Below the pieces are notes generated by a model that was given only the letters and a program-made list of their open reading frames with translations, did no database searches and was not told where the DNA came from. A DNA stretch of 64,000 bases from Escherichia phage vB_EcoM_G9062, in sequence record NC_054920.1. One strand, written 5' to 3'. Made by a program: the position numbers and the translations under genes. Shown here one piece after another: positions 1 through 10,198 of this stretch. The stretch's first letter is position 1. Every line of letters begins with the position of its first letter.

Positions 1-507
1 TTGTTCCAGATTGACAAAGAAGCAGTTGAAATTGCTCGTCAGACTGGTCGCGGCGAAGGTAACTTCATTATCGCTTCCCGTAACGTAGTTAACGTTCTGG
101 CTTCAGTTGATACCGGCATTTCTTATGCTGCACAAGGTCTGGCTACTGGCTTTAACACTGATACTACCAAGTCAGTATTTGCTGGTGTTCTGGGTGGTAA
201 ATACCGTGTATATATCGACCAGTATGCTAAACAGGATTATTTCACCGTAGGTTATAAAGGTCCGAACGAAATGGATGCTGGTATTTACTATGCTCCATAT
301 GTAGCTCTGACTCCGCTGCGTGGTTCTGATCCGAAGAACTTCCAACCGGTAATGGGATTCAAAACTCGTTACGGTATCGGTATCAACCCATTTGCAGAAT
401 CCGCTGCTCAGGCTCCGGCTTCTCGCATCCAGAGCGGTATGCCTTCTATTCTGAATAGCCTTGGTAAAAACGCTTACTTCCGCCGTGTATATGTTAAAGG
501 TATCTAA
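1..507 (+). CDS. 23: Major capsid protein gp23, C-terminal 168 aa (5' end lies outside window)
   Basis: ORF open from window edge; C-terminus ...PSILNSLGKNAYFRRVYVKGI matches T4-type gp23; hairpin terminator follows. Confidence 0.9.
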   Translation: MFQIDKEAVEIARQTGRGEGNFIIASRNVVNVLASVDTGISYAAQGLATGFNTDTTKSVFAGVLGGKYRVYIDQYAKQDYFTVGYKGPNEMDAGIYYAPYVALTPLRGSDPKNFQPVMGFKTRYGIGINPFAESAAQAPASRIQSGMPSILNSLGKNAYFRRVYVKGI

Positions 508-522
508 TCTTTGACGATTTAA

Positions 523-548
523 GGGACCTTCGGGTCCCTTTAGTTGTT
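523..548 (+). terminator. Rho-independent terminator after gene 23
   Basis: GC stem agggacc-ttcg-ggtccct followed by T-rich run. Confidence 0.5.
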
Positions 549-555
549 TTTATGG

Positions 556-563
556 TATAAATA
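556..563 (+). promoter_or_regulatory. T4-type late promoter (TATAAATA) for gene 24
   Basis: Exact TATAAATA about 28 nt upstream of gene 24 ATG. Confidence 0.6.
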
Positions 564-590
564 AATCATATAAACTGAAAGGAAAGCGCA

Positions 591-1874
591 ATGGCTAAAA
601 TCAACGAACTTCTGCGCGAATCAACCACAACGAATAGCAACTCAATCGGTCGCCCAAATCTCGTTGCTTTGACTCGCGCTACCACTAAATTAATATATTC
701 TGACATTGTAGCAACGCAAAGAACTAATCAACCTGTTGCTGCTTTTTATGGTATCAAATACCTTAACCCGGATAACGAATTTACATTTAAAACTGGTGCT
801 ACTTACGCCGGAGAAGCTGGATATGTAGACCGAGAACAAATCACAGAATTAACAGAAGAGTCTAAATTAACTCTCAATAAGGGCGATTTATTCAAATATA
901 ATAATATCGTTTATAAAGTATTAGAAGATACACCATTTGCTGATATTGAAGAAAGCGATTTAGAATTAGCTCTTCAGATTGCAATTGTTCTTTTAAAGGT
1001 TCGTCTATTTTCTGACGCAGCGTCAACAAGCAAATTTGAAAGCTCTGATAGTGAAATTGCGGATGCTAGATTCCAGATTAATAAATGGCAAACCGCAGTT
1101 AAATCTCGTAAACTTAAAACTGGTATCACAGTTGAATTAGCACAAGATTTAGAAGCAAATGGATTCGATGCTCCTAATTTCTTGGAAGATTTGCTTGCAA
1201 CTGAAATGGCAGATGAAATCAATAAAGATATTCTGCAGTCTTTGATTACAGTGTCAAAACGCTATAAAGTTACAGGAATTACTGATACTGGATTCATCGA
1301 TTTGAGTTATGCATCTGCACCTGAAGCTGGTCGTTCATTATACCGAATGGTATGTGAAATGGTTTCGCATATCCAAAAAGAATCAACTTATACAGCAACG
1401 TTCTGTGTTGCTTCAGCTCGTGCTGCTGCGATTCTTGCTGCATCAGGTTGGTTAAAACATAAACCAGAAGATGATAAATATCTTTCACAAAATGCCTATG
1501 GGTTCTTAGCTAATGGTTTACCGCTTTATTGCGATACTAACAGCCCATTAGATTATGTAATCGTTGGTGTAGTAGAAAATATCGGTGAAAAAGAAATTGT
1601 TGGATCAATTTTCTATGCTCCGTATACAGAAGGTCTTGACTTAGATGACCCTGAACATGTAGGTGCATTTAAAGTTGTAGTTGACCCAGAAAGTTTGCAG
1701 CCATCTATCGGTTTATTAGTTAGATATGCTTTATCAGCAAATCCTTACACTGTAGCAAAAGATGAAAAAGAAGCAAGAATAATTGATGGTGGAGACATGG
1801 ATAAAATGGCGGGTCGTTCAGATTTGTCTGTTTTATTAGGTGTTAAGCTACCAAAAATTATCGTTGATGAATAA
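591..1874 (+). CDS. 24: Head vertex protein gp24
   Basis: 427 aa, same length as T4 gp24; gp23 paralog immediately downstream of 23. Confidence 0.92.
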   Translation: MAKINELLRESTTTNSNSIGRPNLVALTRATTKLIYSDIVATQRTNQPVAAFYGIKYLNPDNEFTFKTGATYAGEAGYVDREQITELTEESKLTLNKGDLFKYNNIVYKVLEDTPFADIEESDLELALQIAIVLLKVRLFSDAASTSKFESSDSEIADARFQINKWQTAVKSRKLKTGITVELAQDLEANGFDAPNFLEDLLATEMADEINKDILQSLITVSKRYKVTGITDTGFIDLSYASAPEAGRSLYRMVCEMVSHIQKESTYTATFCVASARAAAILAASGWLKHKPEDDKYLSQNAYGFLANGLPLYCDTNSPLDYVIVGVVENIGEKEIVGSIFYAPYTEGLDLDDPEHVGAFKVVVDPESLQPSIGLLVRYALSANPYTVAKDEKEARIIDGGDMDKMAGRSDLSVLLGVKLPKIIVDE

Positions 1875-1877
1875 AAC

Positions 1878-1897
1878 AAAGGGACCTTTCGGTCCCT
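1878..1897. terminator. Bidirectional hairpin between convergent genes 24 and rnlB
   Basis: aaagggacc-tttc-ggtcccttttt; T/A tracts on both sides. Confidence 0.5.
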
Positions 1898-1903
1898 TTT
1901 TAT

Positions 1904-2908
1904 TTAACTTACCAATTCAATCCAAGTCGGACGAAGTACATCTTGTACCATTTTAACTAATTCCTTTTTAACCAAAGAAGGATTATCTGCTTGAGTTAGA
2001 GTAATACCTTCACGAGAAGTTTCTTCCAAAATATCTTGAACAGTTAGTCCCATCACCTTTCCAAAATCCTTCGGACCAATTTCACCAATTTTAGAAATAA
2101 CGTTATTTACTCGGTTCAGTGTAACGTAGCAAGCTAAAATTCCCACCAATTTGTTATCAGCTTCTGATAGTTCAACTTTAGCTTTAATAGGCTTATCAGA
2201 CTTTTTCTTTTCACTAAATTTGGAATTCTTGCATTTGATGGCTACACGATTTCCATTATGAAGCCAAGAAGGATAACAAGGTTTCAATACATATCCTTCA
2301 GCGGTAAATACTTCGCCTTTGGCTTCAGCTTTCCAAACACATTTGTTAGCGTCAACTAATCCAGCATGGTCTACTGTAAAATTATAATCTTGGACGACAG
2401 AATCTAAATCATTTGGCAATTTAATAAGTTCTTCAAATTTACCACGACCTAAAAGTGGAGCCATTTTAAATTTAAATGTATTACAAAATGATTCCATCAT
2501 ATAATCATCGACATAAGTCACATCACCACTTTCTGTAGTGACAATAATGTCAAATACATAAAAATCTTTATCGCCATAATCGACATTCTTCTGAATGCCA
2601 GGTCCAGCGAATTCGCCAAAGACTTGATAAGATACAACCGCTGAGGTTTCCATAATATCTTGTACTGCTTTAATAGAATCTTCGTAATTCTTTAGAATAA
2701 TTTCATACCCAAAGAAATCTTCAGCAGGAAGAATCGGTCCAGTACGTTTAGCGCAAGTTACTTTATCACGCTCAATAATCAATGAGAAATTTGTGCCGTG
2801 AATCTTTTCACGAGCTACCCACTCCCCACCAGTCAATCCCAAGCTATAAAGTTTTTCAATAAATTTAGAGTTGTAATGATTTTCAAGACTGCTATACTTT
2901 TTAAACAT
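1904..2908 (-). CDS. rnlB: RNA ligase 2 (Rnl2)
   Basis: 334 aa; N-terminal nucleotidyltransferase motif KIHGTN; matches T4 Rnl2 in length and sequence. Confidence 0.93.
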   Translation of the reverse strand: MFKKYSSLENHYNSKFIEKLYSLGLTGGEWVAREKIHGTNFSLIIERDKVTCAKRTGPILPAEDFFGYEIILKNYEDSIKAVQDIMETSAVVSYQVFGEFAGPGIQKNVDYGDKDFYVFDIIVTTESGDVTYVDDYMMESFCNTFKFKMAPLLGRGKFEELIKLPNDLDSVVQDYNFTVDHAGLVDANKCVWKAEAKGEVFTAEGYVLKPCYPSWLHNGNRVAIKCKNSKFSEKKKSDKPIKAKVELSEADNKLVGILACYVTLNRVNNVISKIGEIGPKDFGKVMGLTVQDILEETSREGITLTQADNPSLVKKELVKMVQDVLRPTWIELVS

Positions 2909-2917
2909 AATTAATCC

Positions 2918-3196
2918 TCAAAATGTAATTTCTAACCAATCACCATCACGCTGATCACTATTGACTTTAAAGCTGAATCCTTCTTTTCTCAGCCAATCAC
3001 CAATTTCTTCAGTAATCAATTTATCACGAGCAATACAATAATAACTAAAATGTGTTTTACCTTGTTCAGCTGCTTTATTAGCAAGTTCCGAAAAATCTTT
3101 AATAAAACACTCTAGCTTAAACTGTTTACTTTTAAGTGCTTTTTCGCGCAATTGATTAGCAAAAGATTCATTTTCATAAAGATCATACTGTTCCAT
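2918..3196 (-). CDS. Hypothetical protein (position of T4 24.2)
   Basis: 92-aa ORF with ATG start, synteny. Confidence 0.6.
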   Translation of the reverse strand: MEQYDLYENESFANQLREKALKSKQFKLECFIKDFSELANKAAEQGKTHFSYYCIARDKLITEEIGDWLRKEGFSFKVNSDQRDGDWLEITF

Positions 3197-3398
3197 TTTT
3201 CACCTTTTTATTGATATGTCTTTTTCTATAGACGACTTTTTCTCGAGTTTCAAATTTATTTTTAGCAGTCATAGCTCGAGCCCATAATACAGCCACTTCT
3301 TTTGCCTGTAAGTTTAATTCACGAGCAATTTCAATGAATGACTTTCCAGACTCATGAAGAGTAAACACCACAACCTCAGTTCTCATAATCAATCTCAT
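3183..3398 (-). CDS. Small putative helix-turn-helix protein (position of T4 24.3)
   Basis: 71-aa ORF; segment SFIEIARELNLQAKEVAVLWARA resembles an HTH. Confidence 0.5.
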   Translation of the reverse strand: MRLIMRTEVVVFTLHESGKSFIEIARELNLQAKEVAVLWARAMTAKNKFETREKVVYRKRHINKKVKNGTV

Positions 3399-3468
3399 GT
3401 TATCGAGTTGGTGCCATTATATACATCATTTTCTGATTGTGTTTTGTGTGCTTTCAAAATGAAGAAAG

Positions 3469-3482
3469 GGGCCGAAGCCCCT
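3469..3482 (-). terminator. GC hairpin downstream of hoc
   Basis: ggggc-cgaa-gcccc stem; T-rich on minus strand side. Confidence 0.4.
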
Positions 3483-3487
3483 TATGA

Positions 3488-4906
3488 TTATGGATAGGTA
3501 TAGATGATACCAGTTTCTAAAGCAGTTTTATGAATGATGTATCCATTACGCGATTCTTGAACATCAACTTCTGGATAGTCTTTCATCATCTTCTGAAGAG
3601 TGTAACGATGTAGGTAATATTTACTATCTGGGTCGTCAGTTTTCCAATCTTTACCTTCTTCGGTCATTTTTTGGATTTCATCCATAACCCACCAACCGCA
3701 CCAGATATAAGCTGAAGTACGATGTGGAAGAGGATGAACATAAGGTAGTTCACCTTCTGGTTCTGGAGCAACTTTATCAGTTACCTGAACTTGACCTTCT
3801 GCTGTAATAGTTTTGCTATCGTAATCAGTTGCAGTAACGACAGCAGTAACTTCAATAGTTTGACTTCCAACAGATGAGGTATCGACAGTATATACGTTAG
3901 TTGACCCTTCTACAGGAGAAGAATCTTTCTTCCATGAGTAAGTAATTTGTGCTTCTTCTGGAGCACCCGTAACATTAGCCGTAAATGTAGCCGAAGCATC
4001 TTGCTGAACATTAATAGAAGGAGGAGTCAATGTAACCTGTGGATTCATTGTCTTCTTATTAACTGTCAATGATACTTCATTAGAAGTAACTTCCTTTTCA
4101 TTGTAATTTTCAGCAGTTACTTGGGCTACGCATTTAATTCTTTTTACTCCACTTGTAGTTGGAGTATAGCTAAATGTAGAGTTAGTTTCTCCACCAACTT
4201 GTGAATCATCTACATACCACTGATACGTAGCAGACGCTCCATCAGGTTGAGAAGCTAAGGCAGCAGTAAATTGAACTGGGGTTCCGATTACTCCCGCTGG
4301 AGGACTATCAGGAGTTACTGCCAAAGTAGTTGTCTGCGTCTTTTTATTAACAGTTAGTGACACTTCATTGGAAGTAACTTCCTTTGTATCATAATCTGTC
4401 GCGGTTACTTGAGCTACGCACTTAATTGTTTTAACTCCGCTTGCGTCAGGAGTGTAATTGAATGTAGTGCTAGTTGCTTCGCCCACAGGAGAACCGTCAA
4501 CGTACCATTGATACGTAGCGTTTGCACCTGATGGCTGTGAAGCTAAGGCAGCGGTAAATTCAATTGGAGTTCCAATCACTCCAGCATCAGGGCTACCAGG
4601 AGTTACTGCCAAAGTAGTTGTTTGTGTCTTATTTTGAACTGTGATAGTTGTACTAATTTCAGCTGTTTCAGGTTCAGATTCTGCAACTTGATTGGTTGCA
4701 ACTACTTTAATAGTCTTTTGACCGGCAGGTCCTTTTAGTACATAACTAAAAGTTGCTGACGTTTCTTCCTGTGGAGCGTCGTCTACAGTCCAAGCATATG
4801 TAATAGTTCCGCCTCCAGTTTCACCACTGGGTGTAGCAGTAAACTGCTTAGTTTCATCAATAACCCCTGTCGGTGTTTTAGGAGTTATATCAACTGTAAA
4901 AGTCAT
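3488..4906 (-). CDS. hoc: Hoc outer capsid decoration protein, 472 aa with an extra Ig-like domain
   Basis: N- and C-terminal regions match T4 Hoc (MTFTVDITPKTPTGVIDETKQF...; ...YVHPLPHR..IWCGWWVMDEIQKMTEEGKDWK); tandem ~96-aa repeat. Confidence 0.9.
   Translation of the reverse strand: MTFTVDITPKTPTGVIDETKQFTATPSGETGGGTITYAWTVDDAPQEETSATFSYVLKGPAGQKTIKVVATNQVAESEPETAEISTTITVQNKTQTTTLAVTPGSPDAGVIGTPIEFTAALASQPSGANATYQWYVDGSPVGEATSTTFNYTPDASGVKTIKCVAQVTATDYDTKEVTSNEVSLTVNKKTQTTTLAVTPDSPPAGVIGTPVQFTAALASQPDGASATYQWYVDDSQVGGETNSTFSYTPTTSGVKRIKCVAQVTAENYNEKEVTSNEVSLTVNKKTMNPQVTLTPPSINVQQDASATFTANVTGAPEEAQITYSWKKDSSPVEGSTNVYTVDTSSVGSQTIEVTAVVTATDYDSKTITAEGQVQVTDKVAPEPEGELPYVHPLPHRTSAYIWCGWWVMDEIQKMTEEGKDWKTDDPDSKYYLHRYTLQKMMKDYPEVDVQESRNGYIIHKTALETGIIYTYP
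4048..4624 (-). repeat. Tandem in-frame duplication (two ~288-bp units) inside hoc encoding near-identical Ig-like domains
   Basis: Protein repeats TQTTTLAVTPGSPDAGVIGTPIEFTAALASQP... and TQTTTLAVTPDSPPAGVIGTPVQFTAALASQP... ending SNEVSLTVNKK. Confidence 0.8.
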
Positions 4907-4915
4907 AAGTTATCC

Positions 4916-5596
4916 TTATTTTAATGTTACGAAAGAAGAGTTGCGTGTTTCACGAATTAGAACTGATCCGTCACGGTTAATGTAATAAATTAAGCTAAAT
5001 AAAGTTTGGTGTGCTGACGCATGTTCAAAACTAGTTGGGTGAGATTTCCAATCAGGAGTTTCAGCAATCCATTGATAAATCCACCAAGGAACAGTACAGA
5101 ATCCTGGATTTTTTCCAATCAACTGAAGATTCGGGCTAAAGTTTTCCGGAAGAGTAAATACAGACGGCTTTTCAGATTCAATAATCTCAGCTACAGCCTG
5201 TTCAAATTTTTCTTCAACAAATGGAGTATCTTCAATCAAAACATCGGTATTTTCAGGAATTTTATCTGTTTCTACTACTTCAATTTTAATGTCAGATTTA
5301 ACCGGAGAATCAATCAAAAGTGCTGCTTCTGGATTGACTTCTTCATCGTCATATTTTAACCCCTCTGCAGCATCAGCAGCATCAATTAAGTCTTTAATAG
5401 ATAACCCATCAGTCTCCGGCATAGGTTCACTAGCGAGCTTCTGGAGAGCTTCTTCAATATCATTAACGATATTATCAAAAGATTTATTCTTTTTGACCTT
5501 TATACCAAACTGTTCAGCATATTCAGCTAATTTAGCTTTAGCTTCTTTATTATCATCAAGAGCCTTCAGCTCTGCAATATAATCTTTATCTATCAT
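4916..5596 (-). CDS. inh: Inhibitor of prohead protease (Inh)
   Basis: 226-aa acidic ORF at the T4 inh position between hoc and uvsW. Confidence 0.7.
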   Translation of the reverse strand: MIDKDYIAELKALDDNKEAKAKLAEYAEQFGIKVKKNKSFDNIVNDIEEALQKLASEPMPETDGLSIKDLIDAADAAEGLKYDDEEVNPEAALLIDSPVKSDIKIEVVETDKIPENTDVLIEDTPFVEEKFEQAVAEIIESEKPSVFTLPENFSPNLQLIGKNPGFCTVPWWIYQWIAETPDWKSHPTSFEHASAHQTLFSLIYYINRDGSVLIRETRNSSFVTLK

Positions 5597-5609
5597 AATA
5601 TTTCCTCAG

Positions 5610-5617
5610 TATAAATA
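5610..5617 (+). promoter_or_regulatory. Late promoter TATAAATA upstream of uvsW
   Basis: Exact TATAAATA about 30 nt upstream of uvsW ATG. Confidence 0.55.
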
Positions 5618-5646
5618 TAGATATATTTATTACATGGTATTTAGAC

Positions 5647-7158
5647 ATGACTGACATTAAAGTACATTTTTATGATTTTAGTCACGTGAGAATTGATTGC
5701 GAAGAAAGTACATTTCATGAACTCCGTGATTTCTTTAGCTTTGAAGCTGATGGGTATCGTTTTAATCCGAAGTACAAATATGGCCACTGGGATGGACGAA
5801 TTCGTCTTTTAGATTATAATCGCCTTCTTCCATTCGGTTTAGTCGGGCAAATTAAAAAGTTCTGCGATAACTTTGGCTATAAAGCCTGGATTGACCCACA
5901 GATTAACGAAAAAGAAGAATTATCAAGAAAAGATTTTGATGAATGGCTTTCTAAATTAGAAATCTATTCAGGAAATAAAAGAATTGAACCGCATTGGTAT
6001 CAAAAAGATGCAGTGTTCGAAGGATTAGTTAATCGTCGTAGAATTCTTAATCTTCCAACATCCGCTGGTAAATCGTTAATTCAAGCTTTGCTTGCGCGAT
6101 ATTATTTGGAAAATTATGAAGGTAAAATTCTTATCATTGTTCCAACAACTGCTCTAACAACTCAGATGGCTGATGACTTCGTTGACTATCGTTTATTCAG
6201 TCATGCAATGATAAAGAAAATTGGTGGCGGAGCATCAAAAGATGATAAATATAAAAATGATGCACCAGTCGTTGTTGGTACATGGCAAACTGTAGTAAAA
6301 CAACCGAAAGAATGGTTCTCACAGTTTGGAATGATGATGAATGATGAATGCCATCTTGCTACAGGAAAAAGTATTTCATCTATCATATCAGGTTTAAATA
6401 ACTGCATGTTCAAATTTGGTCTATCTGGTTCATTACGTGATGGCAAAGCCAATATCATGCAGTATGTTGGAATGTTTGGTGAAATATTTAAGCCAGTAAC
6501 GACTTCTAAGTTAATGGAAGATGGACAAGTAACTGAGCTAAAAATTAATAGTATTTTTCTTCGCTATCCCGATGAGTTCACTACTAAATTAAAGGGAAAA
6601 ACTTATCAAGAAGAAATAAAAATTATTACGGGGCTTAGTAAAAGAAATAAATGGATCGCTAAATTGGCTATTAAGCTTGCACAAAAAGATGAAAACGCTT
6701 TTGTCATGTTTAAACATGTATCACATGGTAAAGCTATTTTCGATTTAATTAAAAATGAATACGATAAAGTTTATTACGTATCAGGGGAAGTTGATACCGA
6801 AACCCGCAATATAATGAAAACCTTAGCTGAAAATGGTAAAGGAATAATTATAGTAGCTAGTTATGGTGTATTTTCTACTGGTATTTCAGTTAAAAATCTG
6901 CATCACGTTGTTTTAGCGCACGGTGTTAAATCAAAAATCATTGTATTACAAACAATCGGTCGTGTATTACGTAAGCATGGTTCTAAAACAATCGCAACAG
7001 TCTGGGACCTCATAGATGACTGTGGTGTCAAGCCAAAATCTGCTAATACTAAAAAGAAATATGTTCACTTGAACTATCTTTTAAAACACGGCATTGATCG
7101 TATTCAGCGCTACGCAGATGAAAAATTTAATTACGTAATGAAAACAGTTAATTTATAA
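5647..7158 (+). CDS. uvsW: UvsW DNA/RNA helicase (SF2)
   Basis: 503 aa; Walker A LPTSAGKS, DECH box (MMMNDECHLA); length as T4 UvsW. Confidence 0.93.
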   Translation: MTDIKVHFYDFSHVRIDCEESTFHELRDFFSFEADGYRFNPKYKYGHWDGRIRLLDYNRLLPFGLVGQIKKFCDNFGYKAWIDPQINEKEELSRKDFDEWLSKLEIYSGNKRIEPHWYQKDAVFEGLVNRRRILNLPTSAGKSLIQALLARYYLENYEGKILIIVPTTALTTQMADDFVDYRLFSHAMIKKIGGGASKDDKYKNDAPVVVGTWQTVVKQPKEWFSQFGMMMNDECHLATGKSISSIISGLNNCMFKFGLSGSLRDGKANIMQYVGMFGEIFKPVTTSKLMEDGQVTELKINSIFLRYPDEFTTKLKGKTYQEEIKIITGLSKRNKWIAKLAIKLAQKDENAFVMFKHVSHGKAIFDLIKNEYDKVYYVSGEVDTETRNIMKTLAENGKGIIIVASYGVFSTGISVKNLHHVVLAHGVKSKIIVLQTIGRVLRKHGSKTIATVWDLIDDCGVKPKSANTKKKYVHLNYLLKHGIDRIQRYADEKFNYVMKTVNL

Positions 7159-7183
7159 GGGCTTCGGCCCTTTGGAGAAAAAG

Positions 7184-7414
7184 ATGTTACTAGAATTTAA
7201 ACAATTTCTTTATGAAGCTTCTATTGATGAATTTATGGGTAAAATTGCCTCTTGTCAAACATTAGAAGGTTTAGAAGAACTTGAAGCTTATTATAAGAAA
7301 AGAGTTAAAGAAACTGAATTAAAAGATACTGATGACATCTCAGTCAGAGATGCTTTGGCAGGAAAAAGAGCTGAATTAGAAGATTCAGACGATGAAGTAG
7401 AAGAAAGCTTTTAA
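7184..7414 (+). CDS. uvsW.1: UvsW.1 small acidic protein
   Basis: 76 aa from ATG preceded by GGAG; track ORF begins at an upstream TTG. Confidence 0.75.
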   Translation: MLLEFKQFLYEASIDEFMGKIASCQTLEGLEELEAYYKKRVKETELKDTDDISVRDALAGKRAELEDSDDEVEESF

Positions 7415-7420
7415 ATTAAA

Positions 7421-7447
7421 AAAGGCCCAACCAAAAAGGAAGGGCCA
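7421..7447 (-). terminator. Terminator for the minus-strand uvsY transcription unit
   Basis: ggccc...gggcc stem followed on the minus strand by a T6 tract. Confidence 0.5.
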
Positions 7448-7469
7448 AAACTATAGACTAAAGGTCACA

Positions 7470-7637
7470 CTATAGCAAAAGTTGCGTTTCATTTAATTGT
7501 TCTTCCGAACTTTCTGAAACTGGTAGTTCTTTAATGTAATTATAGCAAGGCCCAGGATGTACAGGACCTTTGTCTGTTTCAACAACCAATGCAGAATCGA
7601 TTGGAGTTTTACAGACAACACAAATCTTATCTGACAT
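7470..7637 (-). CDS. uvsY.-2: UvsY.-2, small CxxC protein
   Basis: 55-aa ORF MSDKICVVCKTPIDS...GPCYNY; below the 60-aa cutoff of the ORF track. Confidence 0.65.
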   Translation of the reverse strand: MSDKICVVCKTPIDSALVVETDKGPVHPGPCYNYIKELPVSESSEEQLNETQLLL

Positions 7638-7665
7638 GATTGTCTCCTCTGAATTATATATCTAT

Positions 7666-7890
7666 TTATACAACTCTCATATGCATATCAATGCCCATAT
7701 CTTTAGAATAAAAATATTCATCAAGATATCCGGCAAATTTTCCTTTAATATAAAGAACATCTTCACCGCACGGGTGGTCGGCCAGGATACGAATATCCTG
7801 ACGCTTAAGATTATGCTTTTTCATTAAGAATTGAATTTCCGTTTCAAATTCTTCTTCATAATTAAAAGCATCATCAATGTTATATCTCAT
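7666..7890 (-). CDS. uvsY.-1: UvsY.-1
   Basis: 74-aa ORF; stop/start overlap with uvsY. Confidence 0.75.
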   Translation of the reverse strand: MRYNIDDAFNYEEEFETEIQFLMKKHNLKRQDIRILADHPCGEDVLYIKGKFAGYLDEYFYSKDMGIDMHMRVV

Positions 7891-8303
7891 TATTTTCCAG
7901 CCTCAAATGCTCGCATGTCTTGAATATGCTTAATAGCAAATCCACGTGATTTAATAGCATCAAGAGCTCCGCTACAGAAATCTAATAAAATCCCCCAATA
8001 CTGTAACGAGGTATCAACCTTTAAAACATCCTTATCAGCTGATAGAACTGTCTTCATTTCTGATTTCTCGTAACGATCCATACTAAATTCATCACCATCT
8101 CCTCGTCCCGAGTAGTAGTCTAATTTAGCTTTAAGAGCAACTTTTTTCTGTGCTTCAATTCTAAGCATTTCCTTTTTAATACTTGAATGCTTATTAAGCC
8201 ATTTACTATATAACATCACATTATTAGCTGCTTCATACTGTAATTTAGTCGAATCTATAAACACATCTTTCTTCAATTCTTCTTGAAGATCTTCTAATCT
8301 CAT
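7890..8303 (-). CDS. uvsY: UvsY recombination mediator
   Basis: 137 aa, same length as T4 UvsY. Confidence 0.92.
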   Translation of the reverse strand: MRLEDLQEELKKDVFIDSTKLQYEAANNVMLYSKWLNKHSSIKKEMLRIEAQKKVALKAKLDYYSGRGDGDEFSMDRYEKSEMKTVLSADKDVLKVDTSLQYWGILLDFCSGALDAIKSRGFAIKHIQDMRAFEAGK

Positions 8304-8343
8304 ATTGTTCTCTATTCAATTGTTATTGGATGGACTTAGATTC

Positions 8344-8371
8344 ATTATACCACGTTTATACGTGAAGCATT
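8344..8371 (-). promoter_or_regulatory. MotA-dependent middle promoter upstream of uvsY
   Basis: Minus strand reads aaTGCTTcA, 13 nt, TATAAT. Confidence 0.5.
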
Positions 8372-8768
8372 ATACTCTATTACTGGAAGCCAGTTGTAGT
8401 TTTATCTGCTCAATATCATCAGGGTTATCGATGACTGAAAAGCGTATTTCTACTATCAAAGTATAATCATCATAAACCGGTATTACATTAACTGCTAATT
8501 TATCAATACGTGGCTCATAGTTTCTTACTGCGCTTTCGATATTGCGCTCAACTGTGTCAGCAGTAAGAGGAGTCATATTTTCAAAAAGCTGGTCTGATAA
8601 ATCACATCCAAATTCAGGGTCAAACGGTCTTGAACCTTTTCTTGTTGTAATAATTCCTAAAAGACTGTTTTTAATTGACCTTAATCCAAGCGATCTGGAA
8701 ACATCTTTGTTCCAATCCATTTTCATTTCTGGGTCAATGTCAGAATAAAGCTTATTAATATTTGCCAT
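8370..8768 (-). CDS. 25: Baseplate wedge / sheath initiator gp25
   Basis: 132 aa, as T4 gp25; start overlaps gene 26 stop (TAATG). Confidence 0.92.
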   Translation of the reverse strand: MANINKLYSDIDPEMKMDWNKDVSRSLGLRSIKNSLLGIITTRKGSRPFDPEFGCDLSDQLFENMTPLTADTVERNIESAVRNYEPRIDKLAVNVIPVYDDYTLIVEIRFSVIDNPDDIEQIKLQLASSNRV

Positions 8769-9394
8769 TATAGTAACTCAAAGAACTCTTTGAGGCCTCT
8801 TATTACATGAGCATGGGTTTTTCCACACTCTGGACACTTAATTGGAACAGCCAAATAAACGGTAGGTTTTAAAAGCATATCTTTTATAGCTACAATATCT
8901 GACTCTGTGATGATAGAATATAAATCTTCTAGTTCCTTTTCATTTAAGTCTTCAACTGGAATGCTTTCCCCGTTAGCATGAATCGTTTCTATGCATGATA
9001 CTATCATGTGGGCTATATTTTTATCATCAAAAATTTTAGGGTATCGGAATTTAATTTTAATGTCACCCAGTGTATACCAGAGGTCTTCTGGTGCATCTAT
9101 TTGTGTATGTAATAGATTTATATGGGTTGGTATTTCAGTTCCACAGGTGCACTTCCAAGAGTTTTCGTGATTAACTTCACCAAGAGAATGCGCCCATAAA
9201 TGAATCAGTAATAGTTCTGATTCTTGGCGGTTTAAATCTTTTGCATTTGTACAGTCTTTGATTAGCTTTTTAACAATCTCTTCTACTGAACCATTCTTTT
9301 TAGCAGTAATAAGTTCTAGATATTCTTTAAGCGTGAATGCGCGACAATTGATTATTTTAGAACCAACTCTCACATCAAATTTGTATTCATACAT
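8768..9394 (-). CDS. 26: Baseplate hub protein gp26
   Basis: 208 aa, synteny 25-26 divergent from 51. Confidence 0.88.
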   Translation of the reverse strand: MYEYKFDVRVGSKIINCRAFTLKEYLELITAKKNGSVEEIVKKLIKDCTNAKDLNRQESELLLIHLWAHSLGEVNHENSWKCTCGTEIPTHINLLHTQIDAPEDLWYTLGDIKIKFRYPKIFDDKNIAHMIVSCIETIHANGESIPVEDLNEKELEDLYSIITESDIVAIKDMLLKPTVYLAVPIKCPECGKTHAHVIRGLKEFFELL

Positions 9395-9416
9395 ATTTTA
9401 GCTCCTTTATTTATCA

Positions 9417-9428
9417 TATTTATAAATA
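9417..9428. promoter_or_regulatory. Overlapping divergent late promoters for genes 26 (minus) and 51 (plus)
   Basis: Palindromic tatttataaata gives TATAAATA on both strands. Confidence 0.6.
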
Positions 9429-9445
9429 GAATAAAAGGAGCATCT

Positions 9446-10198
9446 ATGGCAAACATTATTCGTTGTAAATTACCAGATGGTGTTCATCGTTTTAAACCAT
9501 TTACGGTAGAAGATTATCGAGATTTTTTGTTAGTTCGAAACGATATAGAGCATCGGTCACCACAAGAACAAAAAGAAATAATTACTGATTTAATTGATGA
9601 TTATTTTGGAGACTATCCGAAGACTTGGCAACCATTTATATTTTTGCAGGTATTTGTAGGGTCAATAGGTAAAACTAAAGTACCAGTCACATTTGTATGT
9701 CCAAAATGTAAAAAAGAAAAGACAGTTCCATTTGAAATATATCAAAAAGAATTAAAGGAACCTATTTTTGATGTAGCTAATGTTAAAATTAAATTAAATT
9801 TTCCTTCTGAGTTTTATGAAAATAAAGCAAAGATGATTACTGAAAATATTCATTCTGTTCAAGTAGATGAAATGTGGTATGATTGGAAGGAAATTAGTGA
9901 ATCGAGTCAAATAGAACTTGTTGACGCCATCGAGATAGAAACATTAGAAAAAATTCTCGATGCAATGAATCCTATTAATTTAACATTGCACATGTCGTGT
10001 TGTGATAAGTACATTAAAAAATACACTGATATAGTAGATGTGTTTAAGCTATTAGTTAATCCAGATGAGATATTTACTTTTTATCAAATTAATCACACGC
10101 TTGTAAAAAGTAATTATAGCTTAAATTCAATAATGAAAATGATTCCTGCCGAGCGCGGATTCGTATTAAAACTGATTGAGAAGGATAAACATCAATGA
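9446..10198 (+). CDS. 51: Baseplate hub assembly catalyst gp51
   Basis: 250 aa, synteny, late promoter. Confidence 0.88.
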   Translation: MANIIRCKLPDGVHRFKPFTVEDYRDFLLVRNDIEHRSPQEQKEIITDLIDDYFGDYPKTWQPFIFLQVFVGSIGKTKVPVTFVCPKCKKEKTVPFEIYQKELKEPIFDVANVKIKLNFPSEFYENKAKMITENIHSVQVDEMWYDWKEISESSQIELVDAIEIETLEKILDAMNPINLTLHMSCCDKYIKKYTDIVDVFKLLVNPDEIFTFYQINHTLVKSNYSLNSIMKMIPAERGFVLKLIEKDKHQ

